The notes below the pieces were generated by a model. That model had not been told where the DNA came from and searched no databases. It worked only from the letters and a program-made list of their open reading frames with translations. Of a stretch of DNA of 64,000 nt, positions 21,016 through 30,724 are shown piece after piece (the stretch's first letter is position 1; each line of letters opens with the position of its first letter). The stretch lies in NCBI GenBank assembly GCA_041939405.1, contig JBGTUD010000003.1:4657-68656 (forward strand), read 5' to 3'. This DNA is from Sphingopyxis sp. Lineage in GTDB: Bacteria > Pseudomonadota > Alphaproteobacteria > Sphingomonadales > Sphingomonadaceae. Position numbers and translations under genes: made by a program.

Positions 21016-22365
21016 ATGCCGGAAGGCCCGACGTCCGCCGCCTACGCCGCCGCGACTGCCAAGCAGGTCGAGGCAACCACGGCGCTTGCCCGCGCCGACG
21101 GACTGCAACCCGTCCTCGCCGTCGGGCTCCTTTGTCTCCTCACCATTGTTTCTTATGTCGATCGTTCGATCATTTCGCTGCTTGCCGAACCGATCCGGGG
21201 CGACCTCGGGATCAGCGACGTCCAGATCGGTCTGCTTTCGGGCTTTGCCTTCATCATGCTCTATTGCTCGGCAGGCATCCCGCTTGCGCGGATCGCCGAT
21301 GCCGGCAATCGCAAATGGCTGATCGGCCTCGGGGCATTGCTCTGGGGAAGCATGACGGCCTTGTCCGCCACGGCCGACGAATTCACCCTGCTCCTTATCT
21401 ATCGGCTGGGCGTGGGCCTCGGCGAAGCCGCCCTCGTACCGGCGACCATTTCGCTCCTTGCCGACATGTTCCCTGTTGAAAAGCGGGCAACGCCGCTCAG
21501 CCTGTTCTTCGGCGCGAGCATTCTGGGGGGCGCCTTGTCCCATGCGATCGGCGCCGGCGCCCTGTCCTGGTCGGCGAACCTGATCGCGTCGGGCCGGATC
21601 GGGGGAAGTTTCGAGCCTTGGCAACTGACCTTCGCGATCGTCGGAATACCCGCGGTGCTCCTGGGGTTGGCCTTCATTCTGTTCGTGAGCGAGCCGCCTC
21701 GCATCGACCGGGACCACGGGCGCGAAGTTCGCTTCGGCGATACGCTTCGCCACTTCTTTGCAAACTGGCCGCTGTTCGGGCGCTTCTACCTCGGGATCGG
21801 CATTTTCCAGATCTCGTTGTTCGGCATCAGCCTCTGGACGCTTCCCTATCTCGTGCGCGCCTTCGGGTTCACCCCAAGCGAAGCCGGGCTCCTGATCACC
21901 TCGACCGCTGGGCTCGCGGCGGTTCTGAGCGCTACCGCAATGCCCTATGCCGCCTCGAAACTCATCGCCCGCGGCCGCATCGACCTGGTTCCGCTCCTCG
22001 CCGCCGCGGCGATGGCGCTATCGGTACCTGCGATCGGCATCGCTTTCATGTCCTCGTCTCTCCCGATTGCCATCGCGGCAGCTTGTGTCGCCTTCTTCTG
22101 CATCGCAGGTTCCTACACGCTGCCTCAGGTGGTGGGTCAGCATCTGGCGCCCGCCACGATGCGCGCGCAATTCTCGGCGATCTATTTTCTCGTCGGCAAT
22201 GTGATCGGCGCGGGCCTCGGCGGGATCCTTATACCCTGGACGGCGAGCTTCCTGTCCGGCGAAGCGGCGATCGGCACCGGACTGTTCATCGTCTGTGCCG
22301 CCGTAGCGCCTGCCGCCCTTTATCTTGTGCTCAGGTCACGGAGTGCTTTTCCCGTCCAGACATGA
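21016..22365 (+). CDS. MFS transporter (spinster-like)
   Basis: SYVDRSII, ARIADAGNRKWL, GVGLGEA. About 12 hydrophobic segments. Confidence 0.92.
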   Translation: MPEGPTSAAYAAATAKQVEATTALARADGLQPVLAVGLLCLLTIVSYVDRSIISLLAEPIRGDLGISDVQIGLLSGFAFIMLYCSAGIPLARIADAGNRKWLIGLGALLWGSMTALSATADEFTLLLIYRLGVGLGEAALVPATISLLADMFPVEKRATPLSLFFGASILGGALSHAIGAGALSWSANLIASGRIGGSFEPWQLTFAIVGIPAVLLGLAFILFVSEPPRIDRDHGREVRFGDTLRHFFANWPLFGRFYLGIGIFQISLFGISLWTLPYLVRAFGFTPSEAGLLITSTAGLAAVLSATAMPYAASKLIARGRIDLVPLLAAAAMALSVPAIGIAFMSSSLPIAIAAACVAFFCIAGSYTLPQVVGQHLAPATMRAQFSAIYFLVGNVIGAGLGGILIPWTASFLSGEAAIGTGLFIVCAAVAPAALYLVLRSRSAFPVQT

Positions 22366-22418
22366 GCCTGCCCCATTTGGATCGCCTCTCACCATTCCAC
22401 CATAACCAGCGAGGAAGA

Positions 22419-23207
22419 ATGATGGCCGTTGTTTGTGTTTCGCGCGCCGATGCCGTCGCTACCGTGACGATGAACAGGCCGGAGGCCATGAATGCGCTTT
22501 CCCGCGCGCTGCGCGTCGGCCTCGCCAGGATCCTGCGCGATCTCGCGTCGGATCCTTCCGTGCGCGCGATCATCCTGACCGGCGCGGGGACGCGTGCCTT
22601 TTCGGCAGGACTCGACCTTAAGGAACTGGGGGAGGATATTAGCATCCTCAAACCAGCGGGCGCCGACGATATCGACGACGATCCGGTGCGCGCGATCGCG
22701 CAGTGCCCCCAGCCCGTTATCGCCGCCGTAAATGGTGTGGCGATTACCGGCGGCTTTGAACTGGCGCTCGCCTGCGACATAGTCATAGCGTCGACCAACG
22801 CACGCTTCGCGGACACGCACAGCCGGGTCGGTGTACTGCCCGGTTGGGGATTGTCGCAAAGACTGTCGAGAAGCATCGGTCTCGCTCGCGCGAAGCATTT
22901 GTCGTTGACCGGCAGCTTTCTCGACGCGCTCACAGCCCGGGACTGGGGCCTCGTCAGCCGCGTCGTATCGCCCTCGGCGCTGCTGGAGCAGGCCCAAGCG
23001 ATTGCCAGCGACATCGCCTCTGCTGCCCCGGACGTCGTGCAGAATTACAAGCGGCTGATCGATGACGGTTTCGCATTGCCACTCGGGGAAGCGCTGGAAC
23101 TGGAAACGGCGCGTTCGGCTGCCGCGAACAGCGAAGTGCGCGCAGCGGACGTCGAAGCCCGCAGGCAAAGCATAATCGACAGAGGCCGAGGGTTTTCTCC
23201 CTCCTGA
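22419..23207 (+). CDS. Enoyl-CoA hydratase/crotonase family
   Basis: NRPEAMNALS, AFSAGLDL, VNGVAITGGFELALACD, PGWGLSQRL. Confidence 0.93.
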   Translation: MMAVVCVSRADAVATVTMNRPEAMNALSRALRVGLARILRDLASDPSVRAIILTGAGTRAFSAGLDLKELGEDISILKPAGADDIDDDPVRAIAQCPQPVIAAVNGVAITGGFELALACDIVIASTNARFADTHSRVGVLPGWGLSQRLSRSIGLARAKHLSLTGSFLDALTARDWGLVSRVVSPSALLEQAQAIASDIASAAPDVVQNYKRLIDDGFALPLGEALELETARSAAANSEVRAADVEARRQSIIDRGRGFSPS

Positions 23208-23279
23208 AGGCTAATCACAGCGCCCCGGCCAACCCCCATTTTCAGGACGCTCAAATCTCTCCACGCCGGCCCGTGCAAC

Positions 23280-24731
23280 CTACCGTCTGGCTGCGGCGTG
23301 CGCCCCGGCAAGGCGGCCGAATACCAGCGCGCGAAGCACCGATGTCGCTCCAATATAGTCACCATACATCATGCCGACGGTTTCGCCCGCCGCGTAGAGG
23401 CCAGGAATGGGAATACCGCTGGCGTTCAAGACCTGTGCGTCGGGGGTGACCTTGAGGCCGCCCATGGTGAAGGTGTTCGAGGCAATTATGGGATAGCAGC
23501 CGAACGGGCCTTCCGCGATCGGGCGCGCCCAGTTCGACTTCACGGGCTCAAGACCGCTGGTCCGCTTTCCATCCAGGATGGAAGGAGCGATCGGCCCCGC
23601 GGGACAGCCCGCATTGTAATTCGCGATGGTCGCCATCAGCGCATCGGTCGGCACACCGATCTTTCCGGCCAGTTCGGCAACCGTATCCCCAAGGATCGCG
23701 GGTTGGTCGGATCGTATCATTCCGCGCCAGCCGGGGATGTCCTCGATCTGTTGGTCGTATATGAAATAGGCAATGCCGCCCGGCTGGCGCGATAGCCGGC
23801 GCAGCGGCTCCTCAAGATAACCCTCGAACGCATCGGGTGCCTCGTCGACAAAACGCTGCCCCTTGGCGTTGACCAGAATACCGAAGGGATAGGCATGGAC
23901 GAGTGCTTCCGCCCGGCTCGATCGCGGATCGATGGGCTGGCGATGACACTCGGCCCAATCGCCGGCCGGTGCCGCGTTGACCTCAAGCGCCATCCGGATG
24001 CCCTCCCCGCGATTATACCAGCCGCCGCGCGCAACCGGCCGCAGATAACGGGCCTCGGATCCCATATACTGGACCGTCATCGCGGGGTTCCCCTGGAAAC
24101 CTCCGCTCGCCAGAATAACCGATCGCGCCTGGATCGAGATGCCCTCATGCGTCTGGTCGGTGGCGAACAGTCCCACGACATGATCATCATCGTTCCGGAT
24201 CAGGCGTGTAGCGGTGGTTTCATAGAGGATTGTTCCTCCCATCGTCTCGATATGAGGACAAAGTGTTTCAATCATGGCAAGGCCGCCGCCAGCGACTGCC
24301 GGAAGGTCACCGCCGAGCGCGGGCGGCAGCGGATATCGCGTCGATGTCATTCCGACGCCGTAGTTGGCGAGCCACCGGACGACTTCGGGCACGCCACCGA
24401 AGAATGCGGACAGCAGTTCGGGATCGTTGAACGGCAGCGCCTTTACCAGCCCCGGCCACGAGGCATAGTCTGCCATCGACGCTTCGAGAAACTCGGGCAT
24501 GATATGATAACCACCGCGCTGGCTGTATAGATCGACAAAGTCGGGGTAGAGATCGCCATCCCCGGTCATGCGGAACAGCGCCTCGGTCCACCGTGTATTT
24601 CCTCCACGATCCTCGATCGGCGAGCGCTCGAGGACCAGCACGGACGCGCCGGCCTCGAGGCCGGCCATCGCGGCGGCGATACCCGCAGCACCGCAGCCCA
24701 CGACGGCAATATCCGCATTCATTATTTTCAT
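23280..24731 (-). CDS. FAD-dependent oxidoreductase, tricarballylate dehydrogenase TcuA-like
   Basis: VVGCGAAG, RGGNTRWT, SGGFQGN, GQRFVDE, TFTMGGLKV, GLYAAGE. No tcuB beside it. Confidence 0.75.
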   Translation of the reverse strand: MKIMNADIAVVGCGAAGIAAAMAGLEAGASVLVLERSPIEDRGGNTRWTEALFRMTGDGDLYPDFVDLYSQRGGYHIMPEFLEASMADYASWPGLVKALPFNDPELLSAFFGGVPEVVRWLANYGVGMTSTRYPLPPALGGDLPAVAGGGLAMIETLCPHIETMGGTILYETTATRLIRNDDDHVVGLFATDQTHEGISIQARSVILASGGFQGNPAMTVQYMGSEARYLRPVARGGWYNRGEGIRMALEVNAAPAGDWAECHRQPIDPRSSRAEALVHAYPFGILVNAKGQRFVDEAPDAFEGYLEEPLRRLSRQPGGIAYFIYDQQIEDIPGWRGMIRSDQPAILGDTVAELAGKIGVPTDALMATIANYNAGCPAGPIAPSILDGKRTSGLEPVKSNWARPIAEGPFGCYPIIASNTFTMGGLKVTPDAQVLNASGIPIPGLYAAGETVGMMYGDYIGATSVLRALVFGRLAGAHAAARR

Positions 24732-24839
24732 TGGCACGCACCTCTATCCACAAGCAGGTCCGGCAGGGCGGAACCTGGTGAGAGGCTGTTGGCAAGCGGC
24801 CCTGGCTGTCAATCGAGAGCGGGCCGCGAAGGCAGGGTT

Positions 24840-24853
24840 ATTGCAGATGTGAT
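24840..24853. promoter_or_regulatory. Operator ATTGCA-GA-TGTGAT
   Basis: Upstream of the TcuA-like gene. Confidence 0.6.
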
Positions 24854-25044
24854 GACCATCCCCCTGCCCAGCAACCGAAAAATTGCATGTCGCCGACGCC
24901 GTCAGCACCCGAAAAGCACCCCGTCCAAGCCGCCGTCAGACTTTGCACCGACAACTCGCTCCAAACGGATATTCACCCCCGCTCCACTCGGATCGATTCC
25001 CGATGTTTCGACCGATCGGACCAGACCGCGCTCGCAATCATCCC

Positions 25045-26085
25045 TCAATCGGGCGTGAGCACCATCTTGAGCGCCCCTGCATCGCGGGTATCGAACAAGC
25101 GATAAGCCTCTGCTCCTGCGCTCAGCGGCAGCCGATGGCTGATAAATTTTTCGGGTCGCAAGCGCCCCGCCTGCACCAGCGGGAACAACGTCGGCAGTTC
25201 CTCGGGGACCGAACAGGTGCCGGCGCGGAAAGTCAGGCCCGCGGTAAAAAAGCGTTCGAGCGGGAAGGCATAGCGTCGCGACTGCTGCACTCCGATCACC
25301 GACACGGTGCCGCGTGCCCGGACGAGGCGAAGCGCCAGATCGACCGTTTCGTCGCGTCCGACGACCTCGATCGAGCAGTCGAGCTTACGTCCCTTGGTGG
25401 CCTCGCGGATCGTCTCGACCGCCTCGCCCGGATGGAGCGCGATTGCGCCCGCTTCTTCGGCGAGTGCGCGGCGTTCGGTGATCGGGTCGATCGCATAGAC
25501 GACATGCGCGCCCATGACGAAGGCGCTTTCAACCGCCATCAGGCCGATCGGCCCCAGCCCGATCACCGCGACGCTGCTGCCCGGCGCGATGTCGGCGTTT
25601 CTCGCGCCGAACCAGGCCGTCGCGAGCGCGTCGGTCATCAGCAGCGCCTGTTCCTCCGTGACGCCATCGGGGATCAGCACCGCATTAGCGTCGGCAGCGG
25701 GTACGCGCACCGCCTCGGCCTGCGATCCCTGCAGCTTTGCCGACAGGCCGTAGCAGGAGCCCATCCCATACTCGCAGAGGTTGACGACGCCGGCGAGGCA
25801 CTGGCGGCACGATCCGCAGCCGACCGCGCCCGGTATCATCACCTTGTCGCCGACCTTCAGCCGCGACACGCCGCGGCCGATTTCGACGACCTCGCCCACC
25901 GCCTCATGCCCGACACAGAAGCCGACATCGTCCGAAAAGCCGTGGCCGTGATAGATATGCAGGTCACTGCCGCAGATCGAGCAGGCGGTGACCTTGACGA
26001 TCGCGTCGCGATCCGCCTGCGGCGTCGGGTCGTCCATGTGTTCGTAGCGGATGTCGTGTGCGCCGTAATAGCGGAGGGCTTTCAT
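25045..26085 (-). CDS. Zinc-dependent alcohol dehydrogenase
   Basis: CGSDLH, GHEAVGEV, CGSCRQC...C, GLGPIG. Confidence 0.93.
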   Translation of the reverse strand: MKALRYYGAHDIRYEHMDDPTPQADRDAIVKVTACSICGSDLHIYHGHGFSDDVGFCVGHEAVGEVVEIGRGVSRLKVGDKVMIPGAVGCGSCRQCLAGVVNLCEYGMGSCYGLSAKLQGSQAEAVRVPAADANAVLIPDGVTEEQALLMTDALATAWFGARNADIAPGSSVAVIGLGPIGLMAVESAFVMGAHVVYAIDPITERRALAEEAGAIALHPGEAVETIREATKGRKLDCSIEVVGRDETVDLALRLVRARGTVSVIGVQQSRRYAFPLERFFTAGLTFRAGTCSVPEELPTLFPLVQAGRLRPEKFISHRLPLSAGAEAYRLFDTRDAGALKMVLTPD

Positions 26086-26106
26086 CGATGTGGCTCCCCT
26101 TCCCGT

Positions 26107-27333
26107 TCAGCGCCGGTTTGCGGCGACATATTCGGCGATTTTCTGCTTGCCGAGCTGCGACATATGCACTTCCTCGGGTCCGTCGGTGAGACGGACGTAG
26201 CGGTTGAGCGTGAAGAAATAGGCGATCGGCGTATCCTCGCTGACCCCCATGCCGCCATGCGCCTGAATCGCGCGGTCCGACACGGTCTGCGCCATCGTCG
26301 GCGCGACGACCTTGATCGCCGCGATCAGATCCTTGGCCTGCTTGTTGCCATAGCGGTCCATCGCATCAGCCGCTTTCAGCGTCAGCAGCCGCGCCATTTC
26401 GACTTCGCAGAAGCTTTTTGCGACATCCTGCCGGATGCTGCTCTGATCGGCGAGTTTCTTGCCGAAAGCGACGCGGCTGTCGACGCGGCGCGCCATATAT
26501 TCGAGCGCGCGCTGCGCCTGCCCGATCGAGCGCATGCAGTGATGAATGCGGCCCGGCCCAAGGCGCCCCTGCGCGATCTCGAACCCGCGGCCTTCGCCGA
26601 GGATCAGATTTTCCTTCGGTACGCGGACATTGTCGAAGCGCAGCTCGGCTTCGCCACCGGGCGAATTATAAGAGCCGAACACCGTCTGGTGGCGCACCAC
26701 CGTGACGCCAGGCGTGTCGCGGGGGATGAGAATTTGCGAATGCTGCGCGTGGCGCGGCGCGTCGAAATCGCTCTTCCCCATCACGATGAAGATGTCGCAG
26801 CGCGGGTGCATCGCATTCGAAATCCACCATTTGCGCCCGTTGATGACATAATCGTCGCCGTCAGGAATGATCGACAGTTCGAGGTTGGTGGCGTCGGACG
26901 AAGCGACCTGCGGCTCGGTCATCACATAGGCCGAGCGTATTTCGCCATTCAGCAGCGGCTTCAGCCATTTTTCCTTTTGTTCGGGCGAACCGAATTTCGC
27001 GAGCACCTCCATATTACCGGTGTCTGGCGCCGAACAGTTGAACACCTGGCTCGACCAGGGAACGCGGCCGAAAAGTTCGGCGACCGGCGCATATTCGAGG
27101 TTGGTGAGGCCCGGCGAATATTCGCCATATTCGTGCGGCAGGAACAGGTTCCACAGCCCCTGTTCGCGCGCCTTTCCTTTCAGCGCCTCCATCCCCGGCC
27201 ATTCCTGCCAGCGATTATTCTGGTCGTGGACGAAGTCGTAATAGGCCTGCTCGTTCGGATAGATATGTTCGTCCATAAAGGCTTCGACCTGCGCGATCAG
27301 CCCGGCGACCTTGTCGCTATATTCGAAATTCAT
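26107..27333 (-). CDS. Acyl-CoA dehydrogenase, ACAD10/11 / LvaC-like
   Basis: [47 protein letters not shown]. Confidence 0.92.
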   Translation of the reverse strand: MNFEYSDKVAGLIAQVEAFMDEHIYPNEQAYYDFVHDQNNRWQEWPGMEALKGKAREQGLWNLFLPHEYGEYSPGLTNLEYAPVAELFGRVPWSSQVFNCSAPDTGNMEVLAKFGSPEQKEKWLKPLLNGEIRSAYVMTEPQVASSDATNLELSIIPDGDDYVINGRKWWISNAMHPRCDIFIVMGKSDFDAPRHAQHSQILIPRDTPGVTVVRHQTVFGSYNSPGGEAELRFDNVRVPKENLILGEGRGFEIAQGRLGPGRIHHCMRSIGQAQRALEYMARRVDSRVAFGKKLADQSSIRQDVAKSFCEVEMARLLTLKAADAMDRYGNKQAKDLIAAIKVVAPTMAQTVSDRAIQAHGGMGVSEDTPIAYFFTLNRYVRLTDGPEEVHMSQLGKQKIAEYVAANRR

Positions 27334-27347
27334 CTGTCTGCCTTTCG

Positions 27348-28085
27348 TTACAGGGAGAGCCCGCCATCGACGATGAGCGTGTGGCCGGTGACATAGGAAG
27401 CGAGCGGCGATGCGAGGAAGATTGCGGCGCCCGCCATATCCTCGGGCGTACCCATCCGCCGCTGGGGAATATTCGCCAGCGCGCCGTCGAGCCGCGCCTG
27501 ATTCTGCGTCGTCACCTTCGTCAGCTTGGTGTCGACGAGGCCGGGCGCGAGACCATTGACGCGGATGCCGTCGACGGCGAACGCCTGCCCCAGCGTCTTG
27601 GTCAGGCTGATCGCCCCCGCCTTCGACGCGGCATAAGCGGGGTTGCCGATGTTGGCCTTCAGCCCCGAGATCGAGCTCACAATGACGATCGAGCCGGCCG
27701 CGTCGGCAAGCTGCGAGCGGAACTTGCGCGAGATATGCATGAGGCTGTCAAGATTGACCGCCATCACGCGGTCCCAGCCCTCGCGCTCGAACTCGCCGCG
27801 ACGATAGACGACGGTGCCCTGGCACAGGATCAGCACGTCGAGCCCATCGAACGGCAGCGGCGCGGCGTCGATCGCATCGGGATCGCCGACATCGACGCAG
27901 GTGTAGCCGAGCCCGGTCAGGTCCGATCCGTCGGCCGCGTCATAATCCGCCGCCGAGGCGCGCGTGCCCCAGACATGGACCTCGGCGCCGCGCAGCCGGA
28001 AACCGTGCGCGATGCCGTTTCCGATGCCGCTTGATCCGCCGACGACCAGCACCCGCCGGTCCTTGAAATCGGTATCGTCCTTCAT
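27348..28085 (-). CDS. SDR family oxidoreductase
   Basis: GGSSGIG, YAASK, VDGG. Confidence 0.92.
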   Translation of the reverse strand: MKDDTDFKDRRVLVVGGSSGIGNGIAHGFRLRGAEVHVWGTRASAADYDAADGSDLTGLGYTCVDVGDPDAIDAAPLPFDGLDVLILCQGTVVYRRGEFEREGWDRVMAVNLDSLMHISRKFRSQLADAAGSIVIVSSISGLKANIGNPAYAASKAGAISLTKTLGQAFAVDGIRVNGLAPGLVDTKLTKVTTQNQARLDGALANIPQRRMGTPEDMAGAAIFLASPLASYVTGHTLIVDGGLSL

Positions 28086-28095
28086 GTCATTTCCT

Positions 28096-29124
28096 TCAGC
28101 TTATGCGGCGCAGCGCGCGGTCGAACAGGTCGAGCGTGTGGGCGTGGAGACGGTCGCCGGTTTCCTTCGGCGCCTTGCCGGCACAGGCGCGCGCATGGGT
28201 GCCCTCGAGGATGATGCCGAGCTTGTAGCAGGCAAGCACGACATACCAGTCGAGGGCCGACAGATCGCGCCCGCTCACTGCGCCGTAATGCGCGACCAAC
28301 TCGTCCGGGGTCGCGAACCCCTCCCACGGCGTGATCGCCACATCGGTCGCGCGGGGTACATCATCCTCCGGCCAGGTCGCGAGCAGCCAGCCAAGGTCGA
28401 GCAAGGGATCGCCGATCGTACTGAGTTCCCAGTCAACCACTGCCGCCAGATCGCCGCTGTCGGGTCGAACCATGACGTTCGAAAGATGAAAATCGCCGTG
28501 GATGATACCGGGGCGGAAGTCCGCCGGGCGATGCGCGTCGAGCCAGTCGGCGACGCGCTCGACGCCGGGGATCGCCGCGGGCCCGGGCCATTCGGCGAAA
28601 TCGGCGTAGCTGGCGAGCTGTGCTTTCCACCGTCCGACCTGCCGTTCCAGATAATTGTCGGGCTTTCCAAAGCCGTCGAGCCCAACCGAGCGATAATCGA
28701 TGGCGCCGAGCGCCGCGATCGCCTCGACCATCGACAGCCCGATCCGGTGGCGGGCCGCCGCGTCGTTCGCATGGAGGGCGGGCAGCCCCTCAGTCGGGTT
28801 AAAGCCCTCGACGGGTTCCATCAGGTAGAAGGCGACGCCCAGCACATCCTCTTGACCGTACGCCGCCACCAACCGCGGATGCGGAACTTGTGTGCCGTCG
28901 AGCGCGGCAAGCACACGCGCCTCGCGGCGCATGGTGTCGTTCGAATTGGAGCGGGGAACCGGCGGCGGGCGGCGGAGCACATAGACCGCATCGCCGCGGC
29001 GAAACCGCATCAGAATATTCTGGGTCCCACCCGACAACAGCCGCGCGTCGGCAATTGGCCCCGCCCCGACGCCCTGACTTTCCATCCAGCGTTCGAGCGC
29101 CACGAGGTCGACTCCCTCGATCAT
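28096..29124 (-). CDS. APH/phosphotransferase family kinase (ACAD10/11 N-terminal / LvaA-like)
   Basis: GGTQN, VLRRPP, HGDFHLSN, VDWELSTIGDPLLDLG. Start is 29124 or 29148. Confidence 0.9.
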   Translation of the reverse strand: MIEGVDLVALERWMESQGVGAGPIADARLLSGGTQNILMRFRRGDAVYVLRRPPPVPRSNSNDTMRREARVLAALDGTQVPHPRLVAAYGQEDVLGVAFYLMEPVEGFNPTEGLPALHANDAAARHRIGLSMVEAIAALGAIDYRSVGLDGFGKPDNYLERQVGRWKAQLASYADFAEWPGPAAIPGVERVADWLDAHRPADFRPGIIHGDFHLSNVMVRPDSGDLAAVVDWELSTIGDPLLDLGWLLATWPEDDVPRATDVAITPWEGFATPDELVAHYGAVSGRDLSALDWYVVLACYKLGIILEGTHARACAGKAPKETGDRLHAHTLDLFDRALRRIS

Positions 29125-29139
29125 TCCCAATCCTCTCTT

Positions 29140-29157
29140 TTTATCCATTTGGATAAA
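29140..29157. promoter_or_regulatory. TetR operator-like palindrome TTTATCCA-TT-TGGATAAA
   Basis: Perfect 8-bp arms between the divergent kinase operon and tetR. Confidence 0.7.
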
Positions 29158-29188
29158 TGCATTTGACGCGCCCTGCTGTCAATGGCAA

Positions 29189-29833
29189 ATGCGGCCCATG
29201 GCCCGCCCCCCTTCGACCGCGCATTCCGAAGCACCGCAGCATCTGAAGGCGGTCGCGCTCAAACTCTTTGCCGAGCGCGGGATCGACGGGGTCACTGTCC
29301 GACAGATCGCCGAGGCGGCGGGGCAGAAAAACCATGCCGCGATCACCTATCATTTCGGGTCGAAGGACACGCTCATCCGCGCACTGGTCGTCGACGGCGC
29401 GCGGGCCATCGACGAGCGGCGCAACGCCGCGCTCGACCGTGCCAGAGCCGCGGGGGGTCCGCATAATGTGCTCGAAGTGATGGAGATATTGGTCGAAACC
29501 TCGGTCGATCCCAACCCTCCTGCGGGGGGTGAATGCTATAACCGCTTCATTGTCGGGCTCCAGTTGTCGAACCGCGCGCTGTTCATGGATGCACTGGAAG
29601 GGCGCTGGAACTCGGGCTATCAGCGCTGCCTCGACGAGGTCCGGCGCCTGATGGCGCACGTTCCGGCTGACCTCCTCAACCAGCGCCTCGTCTTCATGGG
29701 CGGCGCGATCGGCGGGATATTGGCCGGACGCGAAACCGAGCTTTCCGACCGCTCGCGCGAGCATCCGATGTGGTCGCATCCCGAAACGCTGCGTCGTGTC
29801 GCGCGGGCGCTGGCGTCGATTATCGAAGGCTGA
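29189..29833 (+). CDS. TetR family transcriptional regulator
   Basis: LFAERGIDGVTVRQIAEAAG...AITYHFGSKD. Confidence 0.92.
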   Translation: MRPMARPPSTAHSEAPQHLKAVALKLFAERGIDGVTVRQIAEAAGQKNHAAITYHFGSKDTLIRALVVDGARAIDERRNAALDRARAAGGPHNVLEVMEILVETSVDPNPPAGGECYNRFIVGLQLSNRALFMDALEGRWNSGYQRCLDEVRRLMAHVPADLLNQRLVFMGGAIGGILAGRETELSDRSREHPMWSHPETLRRVARALASIIEG

Positions 29834-29920
29834 CTTCAGCCGTGCAACGGCCTGACGCCCAAACGGGGCGGAAAGAGACGGCCGCCAAGGTTTGCCGCTA
29901 CGCGGCTGGTCGAAATAGAA

Positions 29921-30724
29921 TCATTTCCTGATCGTCAGGACGCGCATCTCGATCAGGGCACGGCTCTTGCGCGAAATCCCCCACAGCACACCCGGCTGGC
30001 TTTCGTCCCAGTCGATTGCCTGCCCCTCCGCCTCCATCGGCACAGTCGCGATATGGTCGAGTGTCGCGCCGCCCTTTGGCAGCCGCGTGACATAGAGTTC
30101 CGGCAAATCATGCCCCGACAGCCACAGGTTGCCGTCGGGTCCAAAGCCGCCGCCCGAAATGCTCATCGGCGCGATGCGGCCCAGGATCGTCGCGGGCAGC
30201 GCCCAGCTTTCGGTACGGCGCCATTCGGGATCGAATTTGACCAGCGTAGTGTGGCGATGGTCGCGCGGCGGCTCGCCGCCCTTCGCATCATAATTGGCGA
30301 ACATGCCCCACCAGTGGCCGTCGTGCCAGTCGATCCACGTCAGCGAGCCCGTCCCCTGCCCCAGCGACACGGTGCGTTGGTGAACGAGCGTGACGGGATC
30401 GAAGATTTCGACCGAACTCGCCTGCGGCACGGCGGGGAAATTCGACGCCGCGCACACCAGTTCGCCCTTGATGAGCGCACAGCTGTTGATGTGCGGATAA
30501 CGCACGGGATCGCCCTCCCACACATTGATGCGCTCGCCGGTCTTGCGGTCGTAGCGGGCGATCGTCCAGTTGGCGACGGCGTAGATGCCGGCGGGGCCGA
30601 CCGCCACACCCTGCCGCGCTTCGGCGGCGGGAATGCGGCGGACGGTCTCGGCCGCCTCCCCCTGCGGAACCGGGGAGGAAGGCGGCGCGGCAATCGAGGC
30701 GAGCAACAGGATGGCGCCCAGCAT
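29921..30724 (-). CDS. Secreted hypothetical protein (possible beta-propeller)
   Basis: Signal peptide MLGAILLLASIAA. TGATG coupling to the receptor stop. Repeated beta-rich segments. Confidence 0.7.
   Translation of the reverse strand: MLGAILLLASIAAPPSSPVPQGEAAETVRRIPAAEARQGVAVGPAGIYAVANWTIARYDRKTGERINVWEGDPVRYPHINSCALIKGELVCAASNFPAVPQASSVEIFDPVTLVHQRTVSLGQGTGSLTWIDWHDGHWWGMFANYDAKGGEPPRDHRHTTLVKFDPEWRRTESWALPATILGRIAPMSISGGGFGPDGNLWLSGHDLPELYVTRLPKGGATLDHIATVPMEAEGQAIDWDESQPGVLWGISRKSRALIEMRVLTIRK

Noticed and set aside
21618-23207. 529-aa ORF
   Set aside because: The extension overlaps the MFS gene; the crotonase starts at 22419 after an RBS.
23280-26085. Fumonisin-degradation (fum) cluster, suggested by the TcuA-like gene, ADH and TonB receptors
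   Set aside because: No carboxylesterase, aminotransferase or TcuB/TcuC homologues are visible in the window.
24883-27396. 837-aa plus-strand ORF
   Set aside because: Antisense shadow of the ADH and ACAD genes, typical of high-GC DNA; no motifs.
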